Origin: Octopus bimaculoides
Lineage: Eukaryota
Assembly (NCBI RefSeq): GCF_001194135.2
Contig: NC_068986.1
Location: 10,818,252 to 10,882,251, forward strand
Length of the DNA stretch: 64,000 bases
Direction of reading: 5' to 3'
The position numbers and the translations under genes were made by a program. Position 1 is the stretch's first letter, and the number at the start of each line of letters is the position of its first letter. Shown here piece by piece: positions 22,971-36,125 of the stretch. The notes under the pieces are model-generated. The model had not been told where the DNA came from. It searched no databases and saw only the letters and a program-made list of their open reading frames with translations.

Positions 22971-23109
22971 TATTATAATTATTGAGTGACACCGCAGCGC
23001 ATACCATTTAAAGTGACACTGGGGTAGAAATATACAAAGCCCAGTATACCCATCATGACTACCTGTCTGATGAGGGTACACCAGCCATATGCATCACAAT
23101 GTGTGTGAG

Positions 23110-23793
23110 GGGCTAATGCAGTTTCGCACCCCTCCTTGAAAAATGCTTTTTTTTTTTTTTTTTTCGGATTCCTATGTTTTAGACATCAGAGATTACAAAT
23201 ATGCAAAAAAAAAAAGTTTCTCATAAAATGGTGTCAATTTAGTTTATATTGAATTCTTATATACACAAATTGCTGTCATGGCTGATGACAATACCGCCTG
23301 ATTGGCACCCATGCCAGTGGAACGTTAGAAGCACCATTTGAGCATGGCCGATACCAGTACCGTCTGACTGGCCCTCATGCTGGTGGCATGTAAAAGCACC
23401 CACTACACTCTTGGAGTGGTTGGTGTTAGGAAGGGCATCCAGCTGTAGAAACTCTGCCAAATCAGATTGGAGACTGGTGCAGCCTTCTGGCTCACCAGCC
23501 CTCAGTCAAACCATCCAACCCATGCCAGGATGGAAAGCAGACGTTAAATGATGATGATGACGATGATGACAAGTAAAACGCAAATTCTTTTCATTTTAAT
23601 GTTTTTGTCTGTATTTAATTTCAATTTGTATATGTTCATCAATTTGCTAAAATCAAAAATACAAAGGGGCAGGGTGAAATAAAAAAAAATTTTTCTGCAT
23701 ATTCGTAATCTCCGACATTTTAAACATAGGAATTCAGAAAAAATTTTCAAAAAAATGCATTTTTCAAGGAGAGGTGTGGAAGTGCATTAGCCC
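23110..23793. mobile_element. Long-TIR MITE (GGG termini, 8-bp TSD; Merlin- or MULE-like), interrupted by an RTE 3' fragment
   Basis: ~110-nt imperfect TIRs GGGCTAATGCA...CTCCTTGAAAAATGC / GCATTTTTCAAGGAG...TGCATTAGCCC; flanks TGTGTGAG / TGTGTGAA. Confidence 0.75.
23268..23570 (+). mobile_element. RTE 3'UTR/tail fragment
   Basis: Array unit, GTTAGGAAGGGCATCCAGCTGTAGAAAC, CCAACCCATGCCAG...GACGTTAAATGATGATG. Confidence 0.8.
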
Positions 23794-24654
23794 TGTGTGA
23801 ACTCATATCAAGATGAGCAGCATATGATTTTGCAGGTGGGGCCCAGTAAGGGTTTCCTTCAAATCGAGTAGCCCATCCTGTGAGGTGACAGAATTGTTAG
23901 CATGTCTGAGTTCAAATCCTGCTGCGGTTACAAGAAATATGGGATAGCATTTACTTTTGAGCATAAAGAGCCAAATTTTGTCTTACATTTTTTCAGAGTC
24001 AACAAAACAAAATCCTAGCCAAGCACTAGGGTTAGAGCAATTAGTTTAGCCCCTCCCCTCAAATTGCTAGCCTTCAGCTAAAATTTGAAGTCGCTTACTA
24101 CTGTTATCATTGTTGTCATTATCATTATCACTTAGTATCAAGACCACCTTCGATGCTAACACCATCACTATCTCCACTAACAACACCACCAACACCACAA
24201 CCATTAGCAAGATTTATTGTCTCCACCACCACCAGAACATAACACTCTCCATCGGCCCCTGCCAATGTTATTACAATATCATTACAATAATCCTTATCAC
24301 CACCACTGCCATCAACTTCACTCTGAATACTATCATAATTTCCATTACCATCATCATCATCATCATCATTGTACTGTTTTAATGTGTCAGTGTTTGAGCA
24401 AACAGACCACACATGCATGCGCGTGCGCACACACACACACTCACACACACACACACCAAATCCTGCAAACACAACAGCACCAAAAAATCACAAGGACCAC
24501 ACCTCAGTAAGTAAATGGCATCAGTAATTATAGTTCCATTAGCAGCCTCTACCATTACACACAAACACATGCACATGCACACACACACACACATGGAAGT
24601 GCTCTGTTGTATACACATACAATTGCATACCTAAAGAGAAAGACAAACAAATCA

Positions 24655-24715
<61 letters not shown>

Positions 24716-24859
24716 TTTTGGTGGAGGATGTGGGGTGTTTAATATCAGCTGATCAGTAGAGCAATTACAGAATTCTGGAATTTTCAGTTCAAATAACTTT
24801 GTGTTTGTAACAATGTATATGGGTGTGTGTGTGTGTATTTCTGTAGACGTATCTATAGG

Positions 24860-25215
24860 CATACATGTGGCTGTGTGGGAAGAGGCTTGCTCCTGGGTTC
24901 AGTCCCACTGTGTGGCACCGTGGGCAAATGTCTTCTACTGTAAGTCTTGGACTGACCAAAACCTTGTGAGTGGATTTGGTAAGCAGAAACTGAAAGAAGC
25001 ATGTCGTATGCGTGTGTGGTGTGTGTGTCTGTGTCCAACCACAGTTTAACAACCTGTGCTGGTGTATAACACTCCTGTACCTTAGCAGTTCAGCAAAAGA
25101 GACCAAGAGAGTACCAAGTTTAAAAAAATAAGTCCTGGGGTCAATTCACTCAACTAAAAATTCTTTGTGGTAGTGCCCTAACATGGCCGCAGTCTAAGGA
25201 CTGAAACAAGTAAAG
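24860..25215 (+). mobile_element. SINE family A plus module 2a
   Basis: Same architecture. Others at about 1880-2250(-), 7480-7732(-), 13793-14130(+), 17692-17990(+), 36905-37300(+), 46840-47050(-), 48865-49215(-), 50910-51285(-), 58925-59255(-), 62280-62665(+). Confidence 0.85.
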
Positions 25216-26478
25216 GATAAAAGATATATATGCATATATATGCATGTATATGCATGTATATGCACATATGTATATGCATGTATTTACTTCCATTTCACCA
25301 ATTACATCTCTCTCCGTCCCTCAACATAATCCACACATTTTTACTCATTCCCTTCTTTCATGTGTTGGACTGTGACCATAATGGAGCAACACTTTCAAGA
25401 TTTTAGGGAATTATGAGGCAAAATTAAACTGAAAGAGGGTCTCTGAATATAAGTGGACACAGCAAATTACCACTAGGTATAATATTCAACATTCTGAAGG
25501 CGGTGAGCATGCCAGACGAAATGCTTAGCAGTATTTCGTCTGCCTTTATGTTCTGAGCTCAAATTCCACTGAGGTCAACTTTGCCTTTCATCCTTTCAGG
25601 GTCAATAAATTAAGTACCAGTTGTGTACTAGGGTCGATCTAATCGACCCCCTCCTCAAAAATTTCGGGCCTTGTGCCTAGAGTAAAAAAGAATATTCAAC
25701 ATTCTACTGTTTCAGTTAATCCCACTTAAGATAAGAGAAACCCACATAGAGGCAACAAGTCTGCTACCAGACTTGGATTTCTTATTGTATAAATGCTCCA
25801 ATTTGTTTCATTTCATGATGGCATTTAATGCCTGCAAGAAATGGATACACACACCAATCTCAGTGACCACCCCTGTAGATATAAAACCTTATATACATAG
25901 ATTACAGGGATAAAACCAACAGCAAGATGATCTAGTCCTAGTCACCACTTAATCCCAGACTAGACGTAACATCAACACAAGCTTCCCACTCTCAATATTC
26001 AATAATATATGTATGTGTGTGAGTGTGTAGATGCATGTATATACATATATATGAATGCATGTATGTATATTTGTATATATTGTTTCAACATCCCCTCTTC
26101 CATGCATGAATGGGATGGACAGAATTCATTGAGGCATGCACATTAAGGCTGTGACAACAAGTAGGGATCCCTCACTCCCAATGGTTTTCTTACAGACCCT
26201 GACACCAATCAAGGGTATATCTCTGCATCCCTGCAATCAGATGGATTGTCATCCCATATGCTAATTAACCCATAGCTGGGACCCTGACCGGTTCTACTAC
26301 TCTGGGTCAGAAGAGACCTTGGAAGAATAGTGGTTTAGGGGTGGTTCCACATTCTTCAAAACCCTTGAAATCCCAAACCAGAACCCCACTACCAGACGCA
26401 GCGTTTTAAGTCATGGCCATAAATACATACATTTATACATACATATACACAAACAGACACATGTCTGTATAAACACAC

Positions 26479-26528
<50 letters not shown>

Positions 26529-27379
26529 NNNNNNNNNNNNNNNNNNNNNNNNNNNNNNNNNNNNNNNNNNNNNNNNNNNNNNNNNNNNNNNNNNNNNNNT
26601 ATATATATAATCTAATATTATATATATATAATCTAATATTATATATATATAATATATAAAAGTAAATCAATAAAATTAGAGATAGTTTCATGAAATGCCA
26701 TCGTCCAAAATTAGTCTTATCATAATATTTTTGATAAACAATGGCCTAGTTATGAGGCGAAGTTGCTGCTGTTTACTATGAAGAGAAGTCACATGGGTGT
26801 CCTTCTTGGTTGTGAGTCATGGAAAATTTGGGCTGGTATTTTGTCAAATTATCTCAAATGCTTATCTGTATGGATTATAACATGCTTCCATTTCACAAAT
26901 TTCATTAAAGATTCTGGTGACCTACGAGAGTATGTTACAATATTAATTGAGTCACTCGTTAATTTTCATCAGTTCAGAGGATTTTATTTTTAGAACTTGT
27001 TTCAGAAACTCAATTATAAACTGGTTGATTTGTGGATTTAGATCCTGTTACAGTTCTGTTAGTTCCATTTCCATAGAAAGATACTTCTTTAACCAGGAAC
27101 TGGACACCATCAAAGGAGGACTTAAAGTTTCTTCAAGCTGTCATAACTAATTAGGAAATCATTAATCAGTTCTTGCAATTTATTTTTGCATTCTCCCAGC
27201 TTGTTCTTATATGGAATATATTGACTCCCCTACAGAGATTGAGAAAAACCACTGCAGTTTCTTAACTGAGTAATGTAAGAAACTGTCTTATTAATTGATC
27301 CACAGTTACTTGAACATTCACCGATTTACAAATGACTAACAAATGGCACATAAGGACATATAGTATAAGGTACCAAGTG

Positions 27380-27748
27380 AAATTGTGATGGCACCTGTGC
27401 CCAGCATCGCCTTTCTGGCACTTGTGCTGATGGCATGTGTAAGGACTTTCGAGCGAGATTGTTGCCAGCGCAGCTGGACTGGCTCTTGTGCGGGTGGCAC
27501 GTAAAATACACCATTTTGAGCGTGGCCGTTGCCAGTACCGCCTGACTGGCCTTTGTGTCAGTGGCACGTAAAAGCACCCACTACACTCTCAGAGTGGTTG
27601 GCATTAGGAAGGGCATCCAGCTGTAGAAACTCTGCCAAATCAGATTGGAGCCTGGTGTAGCCATCTGGTTTCACCAGTCCTCAGTCAAATCATCCACTTT
27701 CCATGCTAGCATGGAAAGCGGACGTTAAACGATGACGATGATGATGAT
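27380..27748 (+). mobile_element. RTE 3'UTR/tail fragment
   Basis: Same architecture with three array units and a (GAT)n tail. Other copies at about 6960-7200(-), 29690-29835(+), 38944-39100(+), 39800-40100(+), 44350-44520(+), 50065-50305(-), 62770-62910(+). Confidence 0.8.
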
Positions 27749-29169
27749 GTTGAGGGTTAGAGCCAAAATGTAAAATAAAATCACTTGAAAATTTTTCATT
27801 TTTATACTTTGGTTTCTTGCTGTTTTAATGATGCCATCTTGCTTCATAAAATTTCCAGAGAAACTTGTAAACTAAAATTGCATGTACACTGTACCAATTT
27901 ATTGAAAGGTCAATTATTTAAATCTCTTTTGCATATTAAAAAACGCTCAGAACTTTCTGGACAACTTAATATTTGAAATCTCATTATTTTATACCTTTCA
28001 AATTTTTCCTATAAATTTTTCTCAAATATTTACAAATCTGTAAATTACAGGTGCAAATGTGGTTGTGTGGTAAGAAGGTTGCTTCCCAACCACATGGTTT
28101 TGGGTTCAGTCCTACTGCATGGCACCTTGATCAAGTGTCTTCTACTATAGCCTCAAGTCAACCAAAACCTTACAAGTGGATTTGGTAGAAAAAAACTGGG
28201 GAAAAAGTCCATTTTGTGGGGGGGGGGGCACGTGCGCGCATGCATACAGGTGTATGCATGTCAATTTCCTTTCCTTGACATCACATGATAGTCATAAACA
28301 AGTCTCAGTGTCATGCAAGTGGCGTCCATTTCCAATCTTCCATAAAAACATGTCTGGCCATGGGGAAAAAAGGGTGATGGCTAGGGTAGAAGATCAGCCT
28401 CAACAACTTCTGTCTGACCCATGCAAGCACAGAAAAGTGGACGTTAAAACAATGATCATAATGATTTATGTGTATGAGAGAGAGAGAAAGATTGCTTTTC
28501 TAATCAGTGATAAATAAAAGTAACTTTTGGAATTCTGTAATCAAAGTAAACCGTGAGTCACCCGGTCATTTGAATATCAGAAATATTTTGTGCAGAGGTG
28601 AACAATAACATATTGAAATATCTGAAGTGGGTTTGAAGTCAAGTTTCATATATTTATTCATTTGTTTGCTTTTTAATGTCCGTTTCTCCATACTTGTATG
28701 GGTTAGATCATAGGTTCTCAAAGTGTAAATGTAAAGAAACATACAGATACAATACAACACACACACACACATACACATATAAAACAAAGGAATAGGGACC
28801 CTGAATTTGGGCAGGTACCTTATTAGCACTAATATAATCCAGATAGGGAACACATAAAATTGTTCAAATTAACAATTACACAATACTCCACTTGATAGAT
28901 GAATCCTGAGCTTGCTTCATTGGATTTCATACTGGTTTGAGTAAGTCCTCGAACAGAGCCACATAGGAATGTCTACCCTGGAAGAATATGTACCTGAATT
29001 GATTAACTGCACATAAATGTTACCTCAAAGGACATTAGGACACTTATGCAGCAGAAACATGTGTCGGGTTGGAATTTAATGCAAATCTTATGAGAATAAG
29101 ACTGTAACAAATTTTGAGGAGGCATAATTCTCCATTCTTCTTTATGATGTCTTTTGCGCATCCATGTGT

Positions 29170-29665
29170 GTCATTATTATCATTTAACATCTGTTTTCCA
29201 TGCTGGCATGGGTTGGATGGTTTGACCAGAGTTGGTAAGGCCAGGGGCCATACTGTTGTCTGTTCTGGTATGGTTTCTATGACTGGATTCCCTTTCTAAC
29301 ACCAACCACTTTACAGTGTGTAATGGGTGATTTTTATGTGGCATCATCACCGTGTTTTTAATGTGCTACCAGTGTTTTTAATGTGGCACCAGCATTGGAA
29401 TTATTTCTGCTGTGGTGCACAGGTCTTCTTCAGTACAGCAAGTTACCGAATATCTTGGTCCTTTGTCACCTGTTTCATAAGGCTCGGTGTCTTGAGGCTG
29501 GCCTTCAATACTTCGCCCTATGCCTTCCTGGGTCTCCCTCTCCCACAAGTTCCACCCACTTTAAGTGATTGGCACTTGCTATGCAACTGTCTACATCCAT
29601 ATGCATCACATGACCAAACCAGCACAGTCTTCTCTCTTGCACACAGCATCTAGTGTCATTGGTAT
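29170..29665 (-). mobile_element. 5'-truncated RTE LINE fragment (ORF end plus 3'UTR)
   Basis: VQERRLCWFGHVMHMD...GRP-like segment, then the same 3'UTR and tail, ending in (GAT)n. Confidence 0.8.
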
Positions 29666-30124
29666 GAAAAATGCATCCAGTACAATCTCTAAAATGGTTG
29701 GCAGTAGGAAGAGCATCCTGCTGTAGAAACCATTCCAAAACTGACATTGGAGCTCAACACAACCGTGTGACTTGCTGGATACTGTCAAACCATCCAAACA
29801 ATACCAGCATGGAAAGTAGGCGTTAAATGATGATAAACAAATACACACACAACTGTTATTACCGAGACAATAACTTAGATTACAGCTATGCAGCCTGAAG
29901 ACTAAAAGTGGGCTTCTTTTATATTGGAACAAATAAAATATAACACCTTTCAAGGTATTTTTCTTTTACAGCAAAGAAGTCAAATCGCAAAAAGTTATTT
30001 TTGAAAAATAACAAATATAGAAAAAGTAACATATACCATTCCTAAGATAATTTAAATAAAAATAGAAAGAACTACACTGATATATATATAAGAATCTTGC
30101 AAACCAGATACAAAAACAAAATAC

Positions 30125-30177
<53 letters not shown>

Positions 30178-30327
30178 ATGGAGATGAGGACCAAAATCTT
30201 TCAAAGGGATGTCAAACATCCAAGTCCAGTGGTACAGTAGAATGTATATTGGTTCTGTACCAACGTGGATTATGAATTAAAGATTGTCTACACCTACAAT
30301 TTTTCCTTTCCTTATACTTCATTTATT

Positions 30328-30368
<41 letters not shown>

Positions 30369-32555
30369 CCATATATATAAATTAGTTTTTAAAAAAATTA
30401 AATATTAAAGATTTTAAATAATAGAAATAAAGACATATCTTTTAGTAAGATAGAAATGTTTTTTACAAGCCAATGAAAAGGAAATAAACGCTGCCAAAGT
30501 GCATCAGCTGTGAGCTAGTTATTTTCCGAAATGTGACAATTTTTAGATGGGTAGGTTGAAGGTTAAAAATATAAAATATGGAAAACAAATAGATGATGAA
30601 GTTTTAAACAAAAATCAAAGAATCAATAAAAGAGGCTGTACTCTATATACAACAAGTCTGCAAAAGAGGAAAAGCATGACACTTTCTAATTAGCTGACAT
30701 TAAGCTATAGAAAAAAACTACTTGCGTCCTCTTTACCATTATCTCTTCTATTTGAATGCTAATGTCTGCCAAAGGGTCAATGGTTTATATTCTATCAACG
30801 ACAATGCATCAGTGTTCCTTGACAAAGCATCCTCAACTCATTAATCCTTCTAGTTATAAATAAGAACCATAAAGATGTATATTTCGTCATGTAGCACAGA
30901 AGTTGGCGTTTCATTAGATACAAGACCAAAATATGGCAAGGGAAACAAAATGGTCCAATGAAACTGTCTGCAAACCAACACAAACCCACTACACCATTGA
31001 TAGTTATTTTTATCATCCATTGAAGAATCAGAGACCAAATCTATTCCCAAAAGATCTCAACTGAGGACACAGTCGGTCCTAGTTGACAAGTGCTGTTTCT
31101 GCTAGTATAGCATCCAGCACCAAACAATTGCAGATATTCCGTTAACTGGTAGCGCTAATGGCAAATCAAAGCTTGTGTTGTTAGATTGATAATTCAAACC
31201 AAAAAAAGCGGTTAACTGAATAATTTAATAACAAGAAAACAAGGATGAGCTTTACCTAAATACAACATTTTCCAAGCTAAGGAGGAATGTGTGTGGTCAC
31301 GTGACCAGCTACAAATGGCAACCAAAATTTACTCAAATCTCAACCCTACCACTACTGGTCTACACACCTTAGGTTACTAAGCAGTCTGGTACTAATACTA
31401 TTCCATACATTGTATAAAGTGGTTGGTGATAGGAAGGGTATCAAGCCATAGAAATCAAAGCAAATAATACATATAAGACCAAGTTTTTCACCCTTTCATA
31501 CCAACTCATCTCAGAACACCCCTTAGTTCTATGATAAAATCTTCTTGTTTTGAAGTGACTTAAATCAAAAACCTTCCATCAAAATTTCCTGTTAATTTAC
31601 ATTCCAAACACCAGATTAACAATGAGTTAGTTTACAAAATTCTTCATTATTTTTACAATTAAATGAAACAAAAGCCGTGTATCTCAACAGAGATACATCA
31701 ATAAAAGTGTTCTGAACAATTGCCCTACTAAGAAATCACTCAGACTGTGGTAATCTTCCAACCCATGCCAGCACAGAAAATGGACATAATGCGATGGTGA
31801 TGATGGTGGTGGTGGTGGTGGCAATGATGATGATGATGATAAAATAACTTCCTTTATGTTTTTTTACCCTCAATGCACTTGATTTACCTTTCTTTACTTC
31901 CTTGTCCAGACTACACAGAAAAGCAATCTTTAAAATAACCTTGTTAAGCTTTTATAGTTATAACTCTATAAATCTATAAGTTTCCTTATCCTTTAAACCT
32001 CCAATTTATGTAACCAATCAATATATCTGTCTGCAAGATAACGAATTATTAGTTTTTCTTTTTTTATCATTATTTTTTTTTTTTTTTTTTGGTGCAGAAC
32101 AAACAATAAGGAGAGACAGAGCAATGCTCTGAGATCAAAACCTTTTCTAATTGATTCCCATTTCTCTGACACTTCAATAATCAAAACTGTTACTAAACTT
32201 GGAAATTTGTTTTCACCGAAAATGAAGCAATGACGCAATATAAGTCACTTTAGACAAAAATATAAACACGGCAACAATAATTATCTGATAACCAATATTA
32301 CATAATCTACAATAAAAATCAATGTTACATAATCAATATTAATCAAATCTCAAGGATTTTGCCTTAATTGTCAATACATTTCAATCATCTTTAATCAACA
32401 TTTCTAATCAGCATGGCTGTTTGGTAAAAAGTTTGTTTCCCAACTACACGGTTTTGGTTTCAGTTTCACTGTGTGCTATCTCAAGCAAGTGTTTTCAATC
32501 CTGAGCCATCCAAAACCTTAAAAGTGGATTTGGTAGACAGAAATGCAAATATATT

Positions 32556-32566
32556 GAGAGAGAGAG

Positions 32567-32645
<79 letters not shown>

Positions 32646-32651
32646 GAAAGA

Positions 32652-32738
<87 letters not shown>
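32556..32738. repeat. (GA)n/(GAAA) microsatellite acting as a hinge inside a composite SINE
   Basis: Direct reading. Confidence 0.95.
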
Positions 32739-32740
<2 letters not shown>

Positions 32741-33256
32741 TGTGTCTGCGTGCATGCATGCATATATGTATGTATGCATGTATATATTGTGTGAGCGTGT
32801 GTGTGTGTGCATGCGTGCGTGTACTCATGCCTAGCTATCCTGTGATGATTTTAAATGAGCATCACTATCATACAAGCAGCATTGTCCATTTCCAGTCATC
32901 CATGAAAAACATGTCTAGCCATGGGAGAAATAATACCTTGCTTGGAAACAGGTGAGTGTAGTCAACAGGAAGGGCATCAGACCATAGGAAATTTACCTCA
33001 ACAAATTCCATCTGAGGTAAACATTTAAACAATGATGACAAGCTGTACAGTAGTCTCTTGCCATTTCATGGTTCACCTATCGTGCACTCAGTACATTGCA
33101 GATTTTTCTGACTAATTTTTTTTTTTTTTTTTTTTTTTTTTNNNNNNNNNNNNNNNNNNNNNNNNNNNNNNNNNNNNNNNNNNNNNNNNNNNNNNNNNNN
33201 NNNNNNNNNNNNNNNNNNNNNNNNNNNNNNNNNNNNNNNNNNNNNNNNNNNNNNNN

Positions 33257-33299
<43 letters not shown>

Positions 33300-33325
33300 G
33301 TATATATATATTTATATATATATAG

Positions 33326-33547
33326 TATATTTCCTACATAAATGTGGCAAACCCTTAAGGGTTGAAGCTATTGTAGTTTGTAGCCCCAGGAAGACATCTC
33401 CTCCAGCTGGCTATTGACATACTCTGTGTCAGTAGCCAGCTGGGGGAGGTGTCTTCCTGGGGCTACAAGGGGGAGGTGTCTTCCTGAGGCTACAAGCTAT
33501 AGTAGCATCAACCCTTAAGGGTTAACCACATTTATGTGGCAAATATA
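33326..33547. mobile_element. Near-perfect palindromic foldback element with an internal 27-nt tandem duplication
   Basis: Arms pair around the centre GACAT-actct-GTGTC (33416-33430). 33442-33468 is repeated at 33469-33495. Confidence 0.85.
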
Positions 33548-33664
33548 TTTCACAATGTCGTGCAGCTACTGTTTATACTTTGCTCAGAGATTTATTAATA
33601 CATATATATATATATAAGCAATGTTAATTCTCTAAATGAAGTATTAACAGTAACTGCACGATAA

Positions 33665-34480
33665 AGTGTAGTATATTGCCACTTAAGTGTGGCTGACCCC
33701 TAGGGGTGGATGTTACTGTTGCTTTTAGCCCCAGGAGGACATCTCCTCCAGCTGGCTTATCGACACACGACTGTGTCCTGTTTGCCAAGGGAGTTATCCC
33801 TCTCACCTCGGCCAGCAGCACGAACGTATCCGGATTTCAGGGTTATTTCCCTTCGTCGGCGTTCGACAGCTGATGACCTNNNNNNNNNNNNNNNNNNNNN
33901 NNNNNNNNNNNNNNNNNNNNNNNNNNNNNNNNNNNNNNNNNNNNNNNNNNNNNNNNNNNNNNNNNNNNNNNNNNNNNNNNNNNNNNNNNNNNNNNNNNNN
34001 NNNNNNNNNNNNNNNNNNNNNNNNNNNNNNNNNNNNNNNNNNNNNNNNNNNNNNNNNNNNNNNNNNNNNNNNNNNNNNNNNNNNNNNNNNNNNNNNNNNN
34101 NNNNNNNNNNNNNNNNNNNNNNNNNNNNNNNNNNNNNNNNNNNNNNNNNNNNNNNNNNNNNNNNNNNNNNNNNNNNNNNNNNNNNNNNNNNNNNNNNNNN
34201 NNNNNNAGTGAAGAATGTCACTGGAAAAGAAGATATAAGGTCTGCCAGGTTTTTCTCTCTCACCAAGGTCATCAGCTGTCGAACGCCGACGAAGGGAAAT
34301 AACCCTGAAATCCGGATACGTTCGTGCTGCTGGCCGAGGTGAGAGGGATAACTCCCTTGGCAAACAGGACACAGTCGTGTGTAGATAAGCCAGCTGGAGG
34401 AGATGTCCTCCTGGGGCTAAAAGCAACAGTAACATCCACCCCTAGGGGTCAGCCACACTTAAGTGGCAATATACTACACT
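33665..34480. mobile_element. Young foldback element with 215-nt inverted arms spanning an assembly gap
   Basis: 33665-33879 is the reverse complement of 34266-34480 with one mismatch. CpG-rich. The centre lies in the N-gap 33880-34206. Confidence 0.88.
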
Positions 34481-34547
34481 ATATATATATATATATGTAG
34501 GAAAAATAGAAGTTGAAAATGCACTGAGAATAGTTAAAATAGTCTGA

Positions 34548-34690
34548 TGGGTCTTCCTCAAGCACAACATAATGCCAAAAGTCTTGGTCATTGCCTCTGT
34601 GAGGCCCAACACTTGGAAGGAACTCAGCCATTTTGCATCCGTGAGGCCCAACACTCGAAAGGAACTCACCTCCGTCAGGCCCGACGCTAT
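34548..34690 (-). mobile_element. RTE ORF-end fragment with an internal triplication
   Basis: Matches 54430-54510; GT(G/C)AGGCCC(A/G)AC occurs three times (VLGLT-like peptide repeated). Confidence 0.6.
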
Positions 34691-35879
34691 CCTGAAGAAA
34701 AGCACACAGCATGCACTATGAAGTGGTTGACATTAGAAAGACCATCCAACTATAAGAACTGTGCTAAAGCATGTAGCCCTGTGGCTCATTGGATCCTGTC
34801 AAACCATCCAACCCATGCCAGCAATGAAAACAAACGTTAAATGATAATGGGGGGAGAGGGAGCTAGAGAGAGGGGTAGGGAGAGTAGAGCAAAGAAAGTG
34901 AGGGAAAAAATTCCCAAGAAGCGAAATAAGAGCATCTTCTATATTTAAGTGAAGGAGAATTAAAGAAACCATCAGAGCTGATGGTGTTGATATGAAATAT
35001 CAGTTGTAGATAAGCAGGTGCAGTCTTGAGAAATCAGTTATTTCAGAGGAATTAATAAAAGAGCCAGACTCATGGCGCCAGCAGATTGATTGAGACACTA
35101 AATGTTGATGCCGATATATTAGTTTGTAGTAATGGTAAGAAGGCCATAAATCTGTAGAAAACACATGTAGAAACTAACTCCCAGTACATAACAGGTCCCT
35201 AATACTTGTTTCATTATTCTAAGGAAATAGAAAGGTGTGATAAATTCCAATTTTGGTGGGATTTTATCTCAGAACATGACTTAGATTTAGGTCTGCTTTG
35301 AGTCCAAGAACTCATTAGGTTGGGGCTTCACTCAGTTTCCATGGTGTATAAGTGAGAGATTACAACACTCACCCTGAATGGGACACAAGTCCATCGCAGA
35401 GTTAACTTCCCAACTATTGCTGGAACTCATTTGCAGCTGAGTGAACTGGAGTAATGTGAAAAGGACTGTCTTGCTCAAGAACACAACACACAGCCTGGTC
35501 TGGGAATTGGAACCAAGATGTTTCAATCATGAATGCAATACCCTAACCACTGGACCACGTCTTCTCTGAATATGGGAGGAGGTAAATACAACAAGACGTT
35601 GGATGTTAACATTTTAACATTTTAGCCACACATTGGCGGTGCCCCAGCATGGCCACAACCTTAAGGCTGAAACACATAACAGAATAACTCCACAGGCCTT
35701 GAGTAGACAAAAATAGAAATAAAATACAAAAAAAAAAACAAAAACAGTGGAACAACTTTACAGTGGAAGACAGCTGTAATTAATTGATTTGATCTAATTA
35801 CATCCAAAACAAAATTAGCCAACTAATTAGTATGGAGTCACTTAACAACAAAGTGCAACTTTTGTCCTGTCACACAGAC

Positions 35880-36125
35880 ATTCTGCCTCCTCTATGTGAC
35901 ATTTCTACTGCACTGACAATGCCCTTCACTCCTTAGAACTAAATGACTCTGCACCACCGAACTCATTTCTCTTCCTCTCGCCTTCACCCATACTGTGCGT
36001 CTTCCCCATGCTCTAAAGTCAGGCCATACACTAAGCACTTTCTTCACCAATCCTTCTTCACCAGACGGTTATCCTTCCACAATCCCTGGCCTGCAATTAT
36101 TGAATTGCAATTGTTACAGGTGACA
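35880..36125 (+). mobile_element. Decayed CR1/L2/Crack-like LINE 3' end
   Basis: Translates HPY...SFF(T)R...(H)NP(W)PA, resembling the HP....SFF.RT...WN.LP C-terminal motif. Confidence 0.45.

Noticed and set aside
24110-24510. Thr/Ile/His-rich mucin-like ORFs
   Set aside because: A decayed (ACC/ATC)n cryptic simple repeat with no splice or codon support.
30795-31050. Two 66-73 aa minus-strand ORFs in unique sequence
   Set aside because: No recognisable motif and no flanking splice-site pair; the length is expected by chance.
33870-33879. CTGATGA in the arms of the 33665 element as a hammerhead core
   Set aside because: The following sequence (CCTTGGTGAGAGAGAAAA) forms no convincing stem II closing at GAAA.
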